Origin: an uncultured Gemmatimonadaceae bacterium
GTDB lineage: Bacteria; Gemmatimonadota; Gemmatimonadetes; Gemmatimonadales; GWC2-71-9
Direction of reading: 5' to 3'
Length of the DNA: 64,000 nucleotides
NCBI GenBank assembly: GCA_964641815.1
Contig: CAZXKN010000116.1
Span: 1,889 to 65,888 of the forward strand
Part shown: positions 1 through 8,414 of the stretch, piece by piece
Numbering within the stretch: position 1 is the first letter of the stretch
Layout: each line of letters begins with the position of its first letter
The notes under the pieces: model-generated
The model's input: the letters and a program-made list of their open reading frames with translations, nothing else
What the model was told of the DNA's origin: nothing
Databases searched by the model: none
Position numbers and translations under genes: made by a program

Positions 1-586
1 ACAACAGCGCGCCCGACGGCGACGCGGTAAAGGCATGGCGCGCGCTCACCGCGCCGTTGTGTCCGAGGGTGAGTCCGGCGATCGACAGCAGCACAATCGC
101 CCCGACCTTCACCGCGGTGCTCCAATTCTGCACCGTGGCCGCTTGCCGCACGCCGCGAATGTTCACCGCGCTCACGACGACGATCATGAGGGCCGGCAGG
201 AGCCTCTTGCCGACATCCCCGAGCGGCACGAGCTCGCCGGCGTAACCGGCGAACGCGACGGCCAGCGTCGCGGTCGATCCGGTGTTGATGGCGAGAAACA
301 GCGTCCAACCGAGCAGAAATGCTGGGAAGGTCCCGAACGCTTCGCGCACGTAGGTATACGAGCCACCCGCGTCGGGATACGACGACCCCAGCTCGGCGAA
401 CGTCAGCGCACCGAGCAGCGAGCAGATGCCGCCCACCAGCCAGACGACGAGCGCCACGCCGGGATCGGCGGCGGTGTTGCGCAACACGGTACCGGGGACG
501 AGCCAGATCCCCGACCCGATGACCGTTCCGATAACGACGAGGACGAGGTCACCCCGCCGCAGCGAGCGGGTGAGGCCGCCGCTCAA
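1..586 (-). CDS. APC-superfamily amino acid permease, N-terminal part (gene runs off the left edge)
   Basis: Absent from the ORF track because there is no stop inside the window. My minus-strand translation from ~586 down to position 1 is open. It reads LSGGLTRSLRRGDLVLVVIGTVIGSGIWLVPGTVLRN...FAELGSSYPDAGGSYTYVREAFG...LFLAINTGSTATLAVAFAGY. These are the GSGI and GGxYxY motifs and the TM-helix pattern of APC permeases. Candidate TTG start at 586 overlaps the ggt stop; the start is uncertain. Confidence 0.7.
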   Translation of the reverse strand, partial: MSGGLTRSLRRGDLVLVVIGTVIGSGIWLVPGTVLRNTAADPGVALVVWLVGGICSLLGALTFAELGSSYPDAGGSYTYVREAFGTFPAFLLGWTLFLAINTGSTATLAVAFAGYAGELVPLGDVGKRLLPALMIVVVSAVNIRGVRQAATVQNWSTAVKVGAIVLLSIAGLTLGHNGAVSARHAFTASPSGALL

Positions 587-2253
587 TGCCCCGCCGCCAT
601 GCCGTCCTTGCGCGGATCCGAGCCGCCGGCGTAGCCGCGCGGCAGCCGCAGGATCGCCTGGGCGCCGCCGAACGCCACCCCGCTGTCGGCGACGATCGCG
701 TGCCCCAGCAGGGCGAGCCGGCGCCGCACCGCGTCGCCGATGGCGGGCTCGAGCGCAACTCGCAGCCCGTCGAGATGGCGGAAGCGCGGCGCATCGACGG
801 CGTCCTGCAGGTCCATGCCGAACACCAGCAGATTCAGCAGCACCTGGACCTGGCCCTGCGGCTGCATCGAGCCACCCATCACGCCGAACGACAGCCACGG
901 CTCGTCGGCGCCGTTGGCGCCCGCGCGCGTCACGAACGCGGGGATGATGGTGTGGAACGGCCGCTTCCCCGGGGCCACGGTGTTGGCCAGTCCCTGCTCG
1001 AGCGTGAACCCGGCGCCGCGGTCCTGCAGCGCGAATCCGGTCCCCGGCACCACGACCCCGGAGCCGAAGAGATCGTAGAGCGAGTTGATGAACGAGACCA
1101 TATTGCCGGCCGAGTCGGCGACGGTGAGGTAGATCGTCTCGCTCGCCGTCATCGCCTTCCCTGGTGCGGGACGGTCCTGCGCCCGACTGCTGTCGATCTG
1201 GGCTCGCCGAGCCGCGACGAAGGGATCGGCGAGCAGCGCGTTGGGGGCGATCGTCATGGCCGTCGGCTCACCGACGTACTGCGCGATGTCGGCGTATGCC
1301 AGCTTCTTCGTCTCGATCAGGAGATGGAGGTAAGCCGCCGAGTTGTTTCCCAGCGCGCGCAGGTCGTAGGGCTCGAGGATGCGCAGCATCTCCAGCGTCG
1401 CCACGCCCTGTCCGTTGGGCGGCAGCTCCCAGACGCGGTAGCCGCGGAAGGTCGCCGAGATCGGCGTCACCCATTCGACGCGATGGTGGCGCAGGTCGTC
1501 GAGCGTGAGATAGCCACCCAGCTCGTGGACCCGATCGACGATGCTGCGGCCCAGCTCCCCGCCGTAGAACACGTCCGGTCCGCGTGTCGCGATCACACGC
1601 AGGGTGCGGGCGAGATCGGGATTCCGGAACCATTCCCCGGCTTTCGGCGCGCGGGTCCCGTCCACGAGAAACGTGGCGCGCGCGCCGGCGTCACGCGCGA
1701 GCTTCGCCGTTTCGCTGGTCCAGTCCTGAGCGATGATCGGTGTGACCGGAAACCCCTCTTCGGCATAGCCGATCGCCGGCTGCAGTGCCTGCGCCAGGGT
1801 GATCGTGCCGTAGCGGTGCAGCAGCGCCTCCCACCCCGAGAGTGCGCCGGGGACCGTCACATCCTCCACGGTTTCCTGGGGCATCGTGCTGTGGCCCCGG
1901 GCGAGCAACGCGTCGCGGGTCATGAGGCTGCCGGCGCGCCCACTGGCATTGAGACCGATGAGGGTATGGTCCTTCGCGTTCCACACCAGCGCGAACATGT
2001 CGCCGCCGATCCCGGTCATCATGGGCTCGACGACATTGAGCACCGCGGCGGCCGTCACCGCGGCGTCGACGGCGTTGCCGCCGCGCTCCAGCACCGCCAG
2101 TCCCGCGGCGGTGGCGAGCGGCTGGCTGGTCGCGATCATCCCGTGAGGGGCGTACACGGTCGAACGATGGGCCATGGTCGTGGGTCGTGGTGACTGGGCG
2201 AAGATCGGGTGCGCCGCGAGCGCGGCACTCAAGACGAGGACGTGGCGCGTCAC
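583..2253 (-). CDS. ggt: gamma-glutamyltranspeptidase
   Basis: 556 aa with signal peptide MTRHVLVLSAALAAHPIFAQ. Family motifs include MTGIGGDMFALVW and the autoprocessing-Thr context PGKRPFHTIIPAF. GTG start overlaps the upstream stop (GTGA). Confidence 0.9.
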   Translation of the reverse strand: MTRHVLVLSAALAAHPIFAQSPRPTTMAHRSTVYAPHGMIATSQPLATAAGLAVLERGGNAVDAAVTAAAVLNVVEPMMTGIGGDMFALVWNAKDHTLIGLNASGRAGSLMTRDALLARGHSTMPQETVEDVTVPGALSGWEALLHRYGTITLAQALQPAIGYAEEGFPVTPIIAQDWTSETAKLARDAGARATFLVDGTRAPKAGEWFRNPDLARTLRVIATRGPDVFYGGELGRSIVDRVHELGGYLTLDDLRHHRVEWVTPISATFRGYRVWELPPNGQGVATLEMLRILEPYDLRALGNNSAAYLHLLIETKKLAYADIAQYVGEPTAMTIAPNALLADPFVAARRAQIDSSRAQDRPAPGKAMTASETIYLTVADSAGNMVSFINSLYDLFGSGVVVPGTGFALQDRGAGFTLEQGLANTVAPGKRPFHTIIPAFVTRAGANGADEPWLSFGVMGGSMQPQGQVQVLLNLLVFGMDLQDAVDAPRFRHLDGLRVALEPAIGDAVRRRLALLGHAIVADSGVAFGGAQAILRLPRGYAGGSDPRKDGMAAGH

Positions 2254-3284
2254 AGGCGCTCCAGGACGGCCGCGGCAGCGGCCCTGGTCGAGGTGGTCCC
2301 GCCCAAGTCCTGTGTGCGGACTCCGGCGGCGAGGGCTTGCTGGACGGCGCGCTCGATCGCGCGCGCGGCGTCCTCGTGGCCGAGGCGCTCGAGCATGAGG
2401 GCGCCGGTGAGAATGGCGGCCACGGGATTCGCGACTCCTTTGCCGGCGAGCGGCGGGGCCGAGCCGTGCACCGGCTCGAACAGTCCCGGCCGGCCGGGAT
2501 GGAGGTTGGCGCTGGCCGCGAGGCCGAGTCCGCCCACCAGTCCCGCGCCCAGGTCCGAGAGAATGTCGCCGTAGAGGTTGTTGGTGACGATCACCTGGAA
2601 GCGGCCGGGGTCACGCACCATCTCGAGTGCGAGGGCGTCGACGAAGCGATGCTCCGCGGTGATGCCGGAGTACTCCGCCGCGATGACCTTGAAGCGTTCC
2701 TGCCAGATGCGGTGGGCGGGGACGGCGTTCGACTTGTCGCTCATCGTGACCCGCGTTTTCCCGTGGGTGCGTGCCCATTCGAAGGCCGCGCGGATGATGC
2801 GGTCGACGCCCTGTGCCGTGTTGATCTCCTCGGCGATGTACTCCTCGCCCGAGATCCGCCCTCTCCCGAGGTAGACTCCCTCGGTGTTCTCCCGGAAGAT
2901 CACGAAATCGATCTCCTGCGCCGCCCGGAGCGGTGTCAGATCCGGGTGCAGCAGCTGCACCGGCCGGAAGTTGATGTAGAGATCGAGCCGGAATCGCAGG
3001 CCGAGCAGAATGTCTCGAGCGTGCTCGTTGCCGGGGACGCGCGGGTCGCCGATCGCGCCGAGGAAGATGGCGTCGACGTCATCGCGCAAATGATTGAAGG
3101 CAGGATCGGGGAGGGTCTCGCCCGTCTTGAGGTAATGGTCAGCGGAGTAGGGGAGGCGCTCCCACCGGATCGAGGCGTCGTGTGCGGCGGCTGCCTGCTC
3201 GATCACTGGGATCGCCGCGTCGATCACTTCGGGACCGATCCCGTCGCCGGCGATGACGGCGACGCGGTGGGCAACAGGCGTCAT
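2250..3284 (-). CDS. isopropylmalate/tartrate dehydrogenase family oxidoreductase (LeuB/TtuC-like)
   Basis: 344 aa with N-terminal RVAVIAGDGIGPEV, NNLYGDILSDLGAGLVGGLG and FEPVHGSAP, typical of the isocitrate/isopropylmalate dehydrogenase family. Confidence 0.85.
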   Translation of the reverse strand: MTPVAHRVAVIAGDGIGPEVIDAAIPVIEQAAAAHDASIRWERLPYSADHYLKTGETLPDPAFNHLRDDVDAIFLGAIGDPRVPGNEHARDILLGLRFRLDLYINFRPVQLLHPDLTPLRAAQEIDFVIFRENTEGVYLGRGRISGEEYIAEEINTAQGVDRIIRAAFEWARTHGKTRVTMSDKSNAVPAHRIWQERFKVIAAEYSGITAEHRFVDALALEMVRDPGRFQVIVTNNLYGDILSDLGAGLVGGLGLAASANLHPGRPGLFEPVHGSAPPLAGKGVANPVAAILTGALMLERLGHEDAARAIERAVQQALAAGVRTQDLGGTTSTRAAAAAVLERL

Positions 3285-3286
3285 CG

Positions 3287-3350
3287 GTCGTCGGTCATCG
3301 GTCGATGTCCCGGTGCAGTAACCGATGACCGATTACCGAAAACCGACGAC
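3287..3350 (-). repeat. unit-built imperfect hairpin H1 (heptamer TCRTCGG / CCGAnnA arms)
   Basis: The array tcatcgg tcgtcgg tcatcgg tcgatgt spans 3281-3308, with ccgatga ccgatta ccgaaaa ccgacga at 3322-3349 on the other side. GTCGTCGGT (3287-3295) pairs with ACCGACGAC (3342-3350). CATCGGT (3296-3302) pairs with ACCGATG (3321-3327). The element lies between the stop of 3357..4091 and the ATG (3284) of the next gene. Confidence 0.7.
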
Positions 3351-3356
3351 GCTGCG

Positions 3357-4091
3357 TCACTCGAACCCCGTCGCTCTCCCGCATCCGATGCAGTACGCCC
3401 ACCCGACGTCCACCTCGCTGCCGCACGCGGGGCACTTCAGCTCCCCCGAAGGCGGCTGGCCGCAATGCGGGCAGAAATTGACCTTGCGGTTCGCGGGCAC
3501 CGAGCCGCCACAATAGGGACACTGCCGCGGCGGCACCGCCTCTTCCGCGTCAGCCAGCTCGAACGCCGGGGCATTCGGCTCGAACTCCGGCGCATCGGCG
3601 ACATCGGCTCGCTCGAGGTCAGTGAACATCACCGGGGGGATCGGGTTTTCCGACGTCCAGCTGACCGGCTCGTCTTCCTCCTCTTCCGCGACCAGCTCCG
3701 GCTCCTCCCGGTCCCGCACCGGCTGCGGCGGGGCATAGCCCGCCATGTCGCCGCGCAACACCCGCTCGGCGGCGAAGCGATTGATCATCACGCGGGCGTC
3801 GGGGAAGTTGCGGAAGAACGAGGTGTCCGGGTTCGTCGCCGTGACTTCCTGCTGCATCCCCTCACGGACGTCGGGGGGATCGAGCTGCACCAGACCGCGC
3901 TCCCCCGCGAGCAGCCGCAGTACCGTCATCTCGTAGTCCTGGTGCGTGGCCACTTTCAGCCGCGACCGGTTGGAGCGATAGGGGACGAGCCGCTCGTACA
4001 GGTCGGCGGCGGGGAAGGGGAGAGCGAGCCGCGCGTCGCGCGACAGGGCTTCGACGAGGCACTCGAAGAGCCGGTCCAGCTCGTCGCTCAT
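3357..4091 (-). CDS. hypothetical protein with acidic linker and C-terminal double zinc ribbon
   Basis: 244 aa. C-terminus is CPYCGGSVPANRKVNFCPHCG...KCPACGSEVDVGWAYCIGCG (four CxxC pairs). The central stretch is Glu/Pro-rich. No enzyme motif recognised. Confidence 0.7.
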   Translation of the reverse strand: MSDELDRLFECLVEALSRDARLALPFPAADLYERLVPYRSNRSRLKVATHQDYEMTVLRLLAGERGLVQLDPPDVREGMQQEVTATNPDTSFFRNFPDARVMINRFAAERVLRGDMAGYAPPQPVRDREEPELVAEEEEDEPVSWTSENPIPPVMFTDLERADVADAPEFEPNAPAFELADAEEAVPPRQCPYCGGSVPANRKVNFCPHCGQPPSGELKCPACGSEVDVGWAYCIGCGRATGFE

Positions 4092-4114
4092 GGGACGACA
4101 ACCACACCCTTCAT
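4088..4114 (-). CDS. candidate 8-codon upstream ORF (MKGVVVVP*) translationally coupled to 3357..4091
   Basis: Sequence is ATG AAG GGT GTG GTT GTC GTC CCA TGA. A strong SD GGGGGAGAGG (reverse complement of 4119-4128) sits 4 nt upstream of the ATG. Its TGA overlaps the ATG of the next gene (ATGA). The peptide repeats the C-terminus of the upstream gene. Confidence 0.4.
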   Translation of the reverse strand: MKGVVVVP

Positions 4115-4137
4115 TGTACCTCTCCCCCTGTCCACCC

Positions 4138-5193
4138 TCACTTCACTACCACCACGCCCTTCATGAACGGGTGTGGCGTACAGTGGTAGGTGAAGGTACC
4201 TGCGTGATCGAAGCGGTGCACGAAGGACGTGTTCGGATTGATCAATTGCGAGCCCTGTTCTCCACTGTCGAACGTGACGGTGTGTCCGAGGGGATCGATG
4301 TTGTTCCAGCGGACTGCCTGCCCCACGGAAATGACCACGGTATCGGTCGGGAACTTCATGGCTCCGATGGTGACGGTCGCGCCGAGCGGTGCGTTGACAT
4401 CTCCTACCACCCTCGCCGATCCGCCACCGTGGAACCAGGGAGCGAAGCGACGCAGATGAATGGGGATGGTGAACTCGAACCCGTAGAGACGTTGCGAGCT
4501 GCCGATGGAATTCCCCTGAATCGTGCTCGCCGTCACGTTGGAGACCTCGAACGCGAAGGTGTGAGGCGAATTGGGGATCTGCACCTGGATTCCGGCACTC
4601 CACGCCGCCCGGACCGTGGGGCTGACGAACGAGCCCACGTCGGCTGAGACTGCGAAGTACTGCGACAACCGGGCGACGGCGCCGCCGGCAAACGCGGCGC
4701 GCCCCTTGGCAACCCCGAGTGCCTTCGACGCGTACCGGGCCGCGCCCTCGAGGGTGAGCGCGCCCACGGTATAGTCGACGCCGAGCTCTCCATCGGCGCT
4801 CTTGGCGAGCAGGCTGTAGGCCGGGGTTACCGCGACGTGCAGACCCGTGCTCCCTTCAGGGCCGCCGTATGCCCGCCAGCGCGCGAACAGCTCCGTCTCG
4901 TTGGTCGAGGTGGCGCCACGTCCCAGACCGACCAGGGACTTTGTCGCGAACCAGGTCCCGATCGCGACCCGGTGTGTGATGCCGGTCGAGAGCGTAAACG
5001 TCGGCGAATTCACGACGAAGTGGCCGCTCGAGGACGTCGCGGGAGAGACGTAGAAGCGATGTAGAAAATTGAACTGCACGACGTTGGGCTCCGCCACCCA
5101 GGTCCCCGCGAGGTTGGGGGACCGATACAGCAGCGATTGGGCCGAAAGTGGAGCGGCAAGACCCAATACGGTACTGACGACGATGAGGCGCAT
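4138..5193 (-). CDS. secreted protein: N-terminal beta-rich domain of unknown function fused to a C-terminal cupredoxin (plastocyanin/azurin-like) domain
   Basis: Trimmed to MRLIVVSTVLGLAAPLSAQ (signal peptide); the track starts at a TTG at 5235. The C-terminal ~100 aa carries type-1 copper ligand spacing: GHTVTF...YHCTPHPFMKG (His, Cys, His, Met). The N-terminal ~250 aa has an alternating beta-strand-like pattern. Confidence 0.8.
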   Translation of the reverse strand: MRLIVVSTVLGLAAPLSAQSLLYRSPNLAGTWVAEPNVVQFNFLHRFYVSPATSSSGHFVVNSPTFTLSTGITHRVAIGTWFATKSLVGLGRGATSTNETELFARWRAYGGPEGSTGLHVAVTPAYSLLAKSADGELGVDYTVGALTLEGAARYASKALGVAKGRAAFAGGAVARLSQYFAVSADVGSFVSPTVRAAWSAGIQVQIPNSPHTFAFEVSNVTASTIQGNSIGSSQRLYGFEFTIPIHLRRFAPWFHGGGSARVVGDVNAPLGATVTIGAMKFPTDTVVISVGQAVRWNNIDPLGHTVTFDSGEQGSQLINPNTSFVHRFDHAGTFTYHCTPHPFMKGVVVVK

Positions 5194-5219
5194 GCAATGC
5201 CCTCCGGTGGTGGTCAACG

Positions 5220-5254
5220 AATCCGCATTCCCCAATCCGCAATCGGCAATGCCG
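5220..5254. repeat. tandem heptamer array (AATCCGC-like, 5 units), no complementary arm found
   Basis: Units are aatccgc attcccc aatccgc aatcggc aatgccg. The array lies in the 61-nt gap between the dCMP deaminase stop (5255) and the cupredoxin-fusion start (5193). Confidence 0.6.
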
Positions 5255-5758
5255 TCATCGCCACTCGTTCACCCAGCGGTCGTACTGCACGGTGGTGACG
5301 CCCCCCGAACCGAGTACTTCGATGCCGGACGGATCGCGGTAGGCCTTGCGATAGAAGACATGAGTCACGCCCGAGTTGATGATGAGCTTGGCACACATCA
5401 CGCAGGGGCTCGCGCTGACGAACAGCACCTTGTCGCGCACATTGCCGGGCGCCTTCACCAGGGCATTCATCTCGGAGTGAATGCAGCCGCAGCTCCCCGG
5501 CACGGCGCTGTCGCAGCGGTTGGCGAGTCCCCTGGCGTTGCCGTTGTAGCCGATCGCCAGGACGTTCTCGAGCTGCTGGTCGGTCACCACGGTCCCGACC
5601 TGCAGCCGTACGCAGGTGGACCGTTTGGCCAGCTCCTCCGCCATCCGCATGTACACCTCGTAGAGCGGAATGCGCTCCACTGGAGGCGCGGCCGCGCCGT
5701 CGGCCGTGAGGTTGAGGCGGTGCGTGTTGGCCGCGACGCCGTCCTTAGGTACGCTCAT
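5255..5758 (-). CDS. dCMP (deoxycytidylate) deaminase, ComEB-like
   Basis: Zinc-deaminase motifs CIHSEMNA and SPCVMCAKLI, with the N-terminal YMRMAEELAKRSTC context. Start taken at ATG 5758 (the track starts at 5770); the start is uncertain. Confidence 0.85.
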   Translation of the reverse strand: MSVPKDGVAANTHRLNLTADGAAAPPVERIPLYEVYMRMAEELAKRSTCVRLQVGTVVTDQQLENVLAIGYNGNARGLANRCDSAVPGSCGCIHSEMNALVKAPGNVRDKVLFVSASPCVMCAKLIINSGVTHVFYRKAYRDPSGIEVLGSGGVTTVQYDRWVNEWR

Positions 5759-6332
5759 GCACCTCCCCATCGGGGTCGTATGCCTGATACTTGCCGCGGG
5801 CGCGCTGCTGCGCGAGCCACGTGTCGAACCCCGACGGCACGAGACCGTTGGAGCGCTCCTGCCGTTCGGCGGCCCGCGTCGCGAGGAAGTCCGCGTACTC
5901 GTTCTTGGCGACCTCGTTGTGGCCGCGCACCCACTCCCAGTCCACCGTCAAGCCGTCTCGCGCCTGATCGAGCTTCTGCCACAGCAGCAGATTCTCGATC
6001 TCTCCCCCTTTGCGCTTCCAGCCCCGCGCCTTCCACCCGGGGAGCCATTCCGTGATCCCTTTGACGAGATACTCCGAATCGGAGACGTAGCGAATGCGGG
6101 CGTGCTGCCACTGCCGGTGTACCCACTCGAGCGTCGCGATCGCGCCGGCCAGCGCCATGCGGTTGTTGGTGGTGGCGGGGGCGAACTCGTAGAAATCCCA
6201 GCGCGCGATACTGTCGCCTGCGGGGGCCTCGATCAAGGCGCCGTTCCCGCCGGGACTGGGCTCGTCGCGGCGATTGCCGAGACAGCTTTCATCGGCGTGC
6301 ACGAGCACGGTGGTGACGGCGCGGGCGGGCAT
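5745..6332 (-). CDS. rnhA: ribonuclease HI
   Basis: Trimmed from track ORF 5745..6719, whose first 129 aa are an Arg-rich extension overlapping the upstream USP gene. From MPARAVTTVLVHADESCLGN the protein carries NNRMALAGAIATLE, VSDSEYLV and WEWVRGHNEVAKNEYAD, matching RNase H. Its start overlaps the USP stop (TGATG). Confidence 0.85.
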   Translation of the reverse strand: MPARAVTTVLVHADESCLGNRRDEPSPGGNGALIEAPAGDSIARWDFYEFAPATTNNRMALAGAIATLEWVHRQWQHARIRYVSDSEYLVKGITEWLPGWKARGWKRKGGEIENLLLWQKLDQARDGLTVDWEWVRGHNEVAKNEYADFLATRAAERQERSNGLVPSGFDTWLAQQRARGKYQAYDPDGEVHERT

Positions 6333-7090
6333 CAGGGTTGAATGGCGACGGGCAGATCGGTGTGCAACAGGATGTCTTCGGTGTGGGACGCGACGCTGGC
6401 GCGGCGCTCCAACGGCCCGCGCGGCACGTGCGCTCCGGCGAACAGCGCGTCGGCGTGGATCGCCCGCACCACACGTCCCACCACGTCCCCGGCGGAGCCT
6501 TCTTCCAGATGCGTCTGGAACGGCACACCGAGCAGCGAGAGCTCCGCCTCGGCCTGCCCCAGGACCTGCATGCCCTCGGCGCGGTCGCTGCAGGCGTGAA
6601 TCACATGCACCGTGCTGCCGGTGACGCTGGCGAAGCGCGCCGCGAGGTCCAAGGCCCGGCGGTTGCGGCCGTCGAACGCCACGGCGCACACCTGCATCGG
6701 AGACGGGCCGCCGCCGCATACGATCACGATGCGCTCGGAGAGCCGGATCAGCGACGCGGCGGTGTGTCCCAGCGCCGTCGGGCCGGCGTGCTCCGTCTCG
6801 ACCCCGCGCCGTCCCACCAGCACCGCATCCACTCCCTTCGCCAGTTCGGCGAGGGCGACGTCCGGGTCTCCCTGCTGCTGCTGCCCCTCCACCTCGAGCC
6901 CCGCTGCGGCGACGCGGAACCGCCCCCGGTCGACCAGGGCGGCCGCCGCCTCGGCACCACCCTTGGTGGACTCCTCCACCGCCGCCACGATGATCAAGGA
7001 ATGAAAACGCCGCGCCAGGACCACCGCCTGCTCGAGCGCGGCGTCGGCGTGCGGGCTTCCGTCCAGGCCGACGAGGAGGCGGGTGAACAT
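6332..7090 (-). CDS. tandem universal stress protein (two UspA domains)
   Basis: 252 aa. It has two Usp-like halves beginning LLVGLDGSPHADAAL and VCAVAFDGRNRRAL. The first half retains a G-x2-G-x9-G-like stretch (LVGRRGVETEHAGPTALGHTA). Confidence 0.8.
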   Translation of the reverse strand: MFTRLLVGLDGSPHADAALEQAVVLARRFHSLIIVAAVEESTKGGAEAAAALVDRGRFRVAAAGLEVEGQQQQGDPDVALAELAKGVDAVLVGRRGVETEHAGPTALGHTAASLIRLSERIVIVCGGGPSPMQVCAVAFDGRNRRALDLAARFASVTGSTVHVIHACSDRAEGMQVLGQAEAELSLLGVPFQTHLEEGSAGDVVGRVVRAIHADALFAGAHVPRGPLERRASVASHTEDILLHTDLPVAIQP

Positions 7091-7100
7091 CAGCGCGCGC

Positions 7101-7337
7101 TCACGGCAGGACGGAGAAGCGATCGAGCTCGCGCAGCGGGAAGCGCAGTACTTCGCCGGTCATCGGCAACCGGGCATCGAGCGCCTCGTTGCGTCCGTCG
7201 ATGTGCAGGTGCTCCGCCACGACGACGTACTCGGTGCCGCGGCGCGACAGCGCCACGCGGCGCCGCTCCCGCACCGCCCGCTCGAGCGCATCGAGCGCGT
7301 CGGGGGAGAGCGACCGGTACTCCGGGATGGCGGGCAT
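7101..7337 (-). CDS. hypothetical 78-aa protein
   Basis: ORF packed between selD (14-nt gap) and the USP gene (10-nt gap) on the same strand. No recognisable motif. Confidence 0.5.
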   Translation of the reverse strand: MPAIPEYRSLSPDALDALERAVRERRRVALSRRGTEYVVVAEHLHIDGRNEALDARLPMTGEVLRFPLRELDRFSVLP

Positions 7338-7351
7338 TGTCCAGGTGAGAT

Positions 7352-8398
7352 TTAACGGGCGTCGATCGTTCCCGCTGGCCCGGCCGTGACGGCTCCGATT
7401 ACCGCAGCAGCCGCCAGGCCTTCACGCGCCATTGCCTGCTGCAACCGCTCGACGCGCTCCGGCGGCAGCGTGATCAACAGGCCGCCCGACGTCTGCGCGT
7501 CCGCCAGCAGCAGGCGCTCCTCCTCGGGGATCGTCGCGGCGAACCGCACCGCCTCGCGCACGCTCTCGAGATTGCGTTTGGTCCCGCCCGGCACCGCGCC
7601 GCGCGCCAGCAGCGCGCGGGCCCCGGCGAGCACGGGGACCGTGGCGGCTGCGAGCGTGGCGGCGACGCCGCTGGCCCGCAGCAGCGAATGGAGGTGGCCG
7701 AGCAACCCGAAGCCGGTGACGTCGGTCGCGGCATGCACGCCGACCGCCAGCATCGCCCGCGACGCGGCGGCGTTGAGCGTCGTCATCGCCGTCACCGCGC
7801 CGGCGAGCGTCGCGGCGTCGGCAAGGTCGCGCTTCAGCGCGGTGGTAATGATCCCCGTGCCGATCGGCTTGGTGAGCAGCAGGGCGTCGCCGGGCTGCGC
7901 CCCGGCGTTGGTGACGATGCGCTCGGGGTGCACCTCGCCGATCACCACCATCCCGAACTTCGGCTCGGGATCATCCACCGAGTGCCCGCCCAGCACGAAC
8001 GCGCCCGCGGCCTGCGCAACGTCGCTGCCGCCCCGGAGCACCTCGCCCAGCAGCTCGAAGGGGAGCCGGTCCCGCGGCCACCCGACGAGGTTGAGCGCAA
8101 ACAGCGGCGCGCCGCCCATCGCGTAGACGTCGGAGAAGGCATTGGTGGCGGCGATACGCCCGAAGTCGTAGGCGTCGTCGACGATCGGCGTGAAGAAGTC
8201 GACCGTCGCAACGAGCGCCCGCTCCGGTGACAGCTGGAACACCGCCGCATCGTCGCGGCTCGAGGCGTCGACGAGGATGCGCGCGTCGTGCGGGACGGGG
8301 ATATGGCGCAGCACCTCGCTCAGCTCGGAGAACCCGAGCTTGCAGGCGCATCCCGCCCCGTGGGAGAAGGCGGTGAGGCGAACGGAGGTGGCGGTCAT
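7352..8398 (-). CDS. selD: selenide, water dikinase (selenophosphate synthetase), Cys-type
   Basis: 348 aa. N-terminal glycine-rich active-site loop is SHGAGCACK, with Cys rather than Sec. AIR-synthase-like core motifs include DDAAV, DFFTPIVDD and GGHS. Confidence 0.9.
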   Translation of the reverse strand: MTATSVRLTAFSHGAGCACKLGFSELSEVLRHIPVPHDARILVDASSRDDAAVFQLSPERALVATVDFFTPIVDDAYDFGRIAATNAFSDVYAMGGAPLFALNLVGWPRDRLPFELLGEVLRGGSDVAQAAGAFVLGGHSVDDPEPKFGMVVIGEVHPERIVTNAGAQPGDALLLTKPIGTGIITTALKRDLADAATLAGAVTAMTTLNAAASRAMLAVGVHAATDVTGFGLLGHLHSLLRASGVAATLAAATVPVLAGARALLARGAVPGGTKRNLESVREAVRFAATIPEEERLLLADAQTSGGLLITLPPERVERLQQAMAREGLAAAAVIGAVTAGPAGTIDAR

Positions 8399-8414
8399 GG
8401 ATCGGGAAATATGG

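Noticed and set aside
5255-6332. dCMP deaminase plus RNase H as a nucleotide-depletion or anti-phage module
   Set aside because: Both are small, single-domain housekeeping-type proteins with canonical motifs and no kinase, sensor or effector fusions. They sit in a long same-strand run of core genes.
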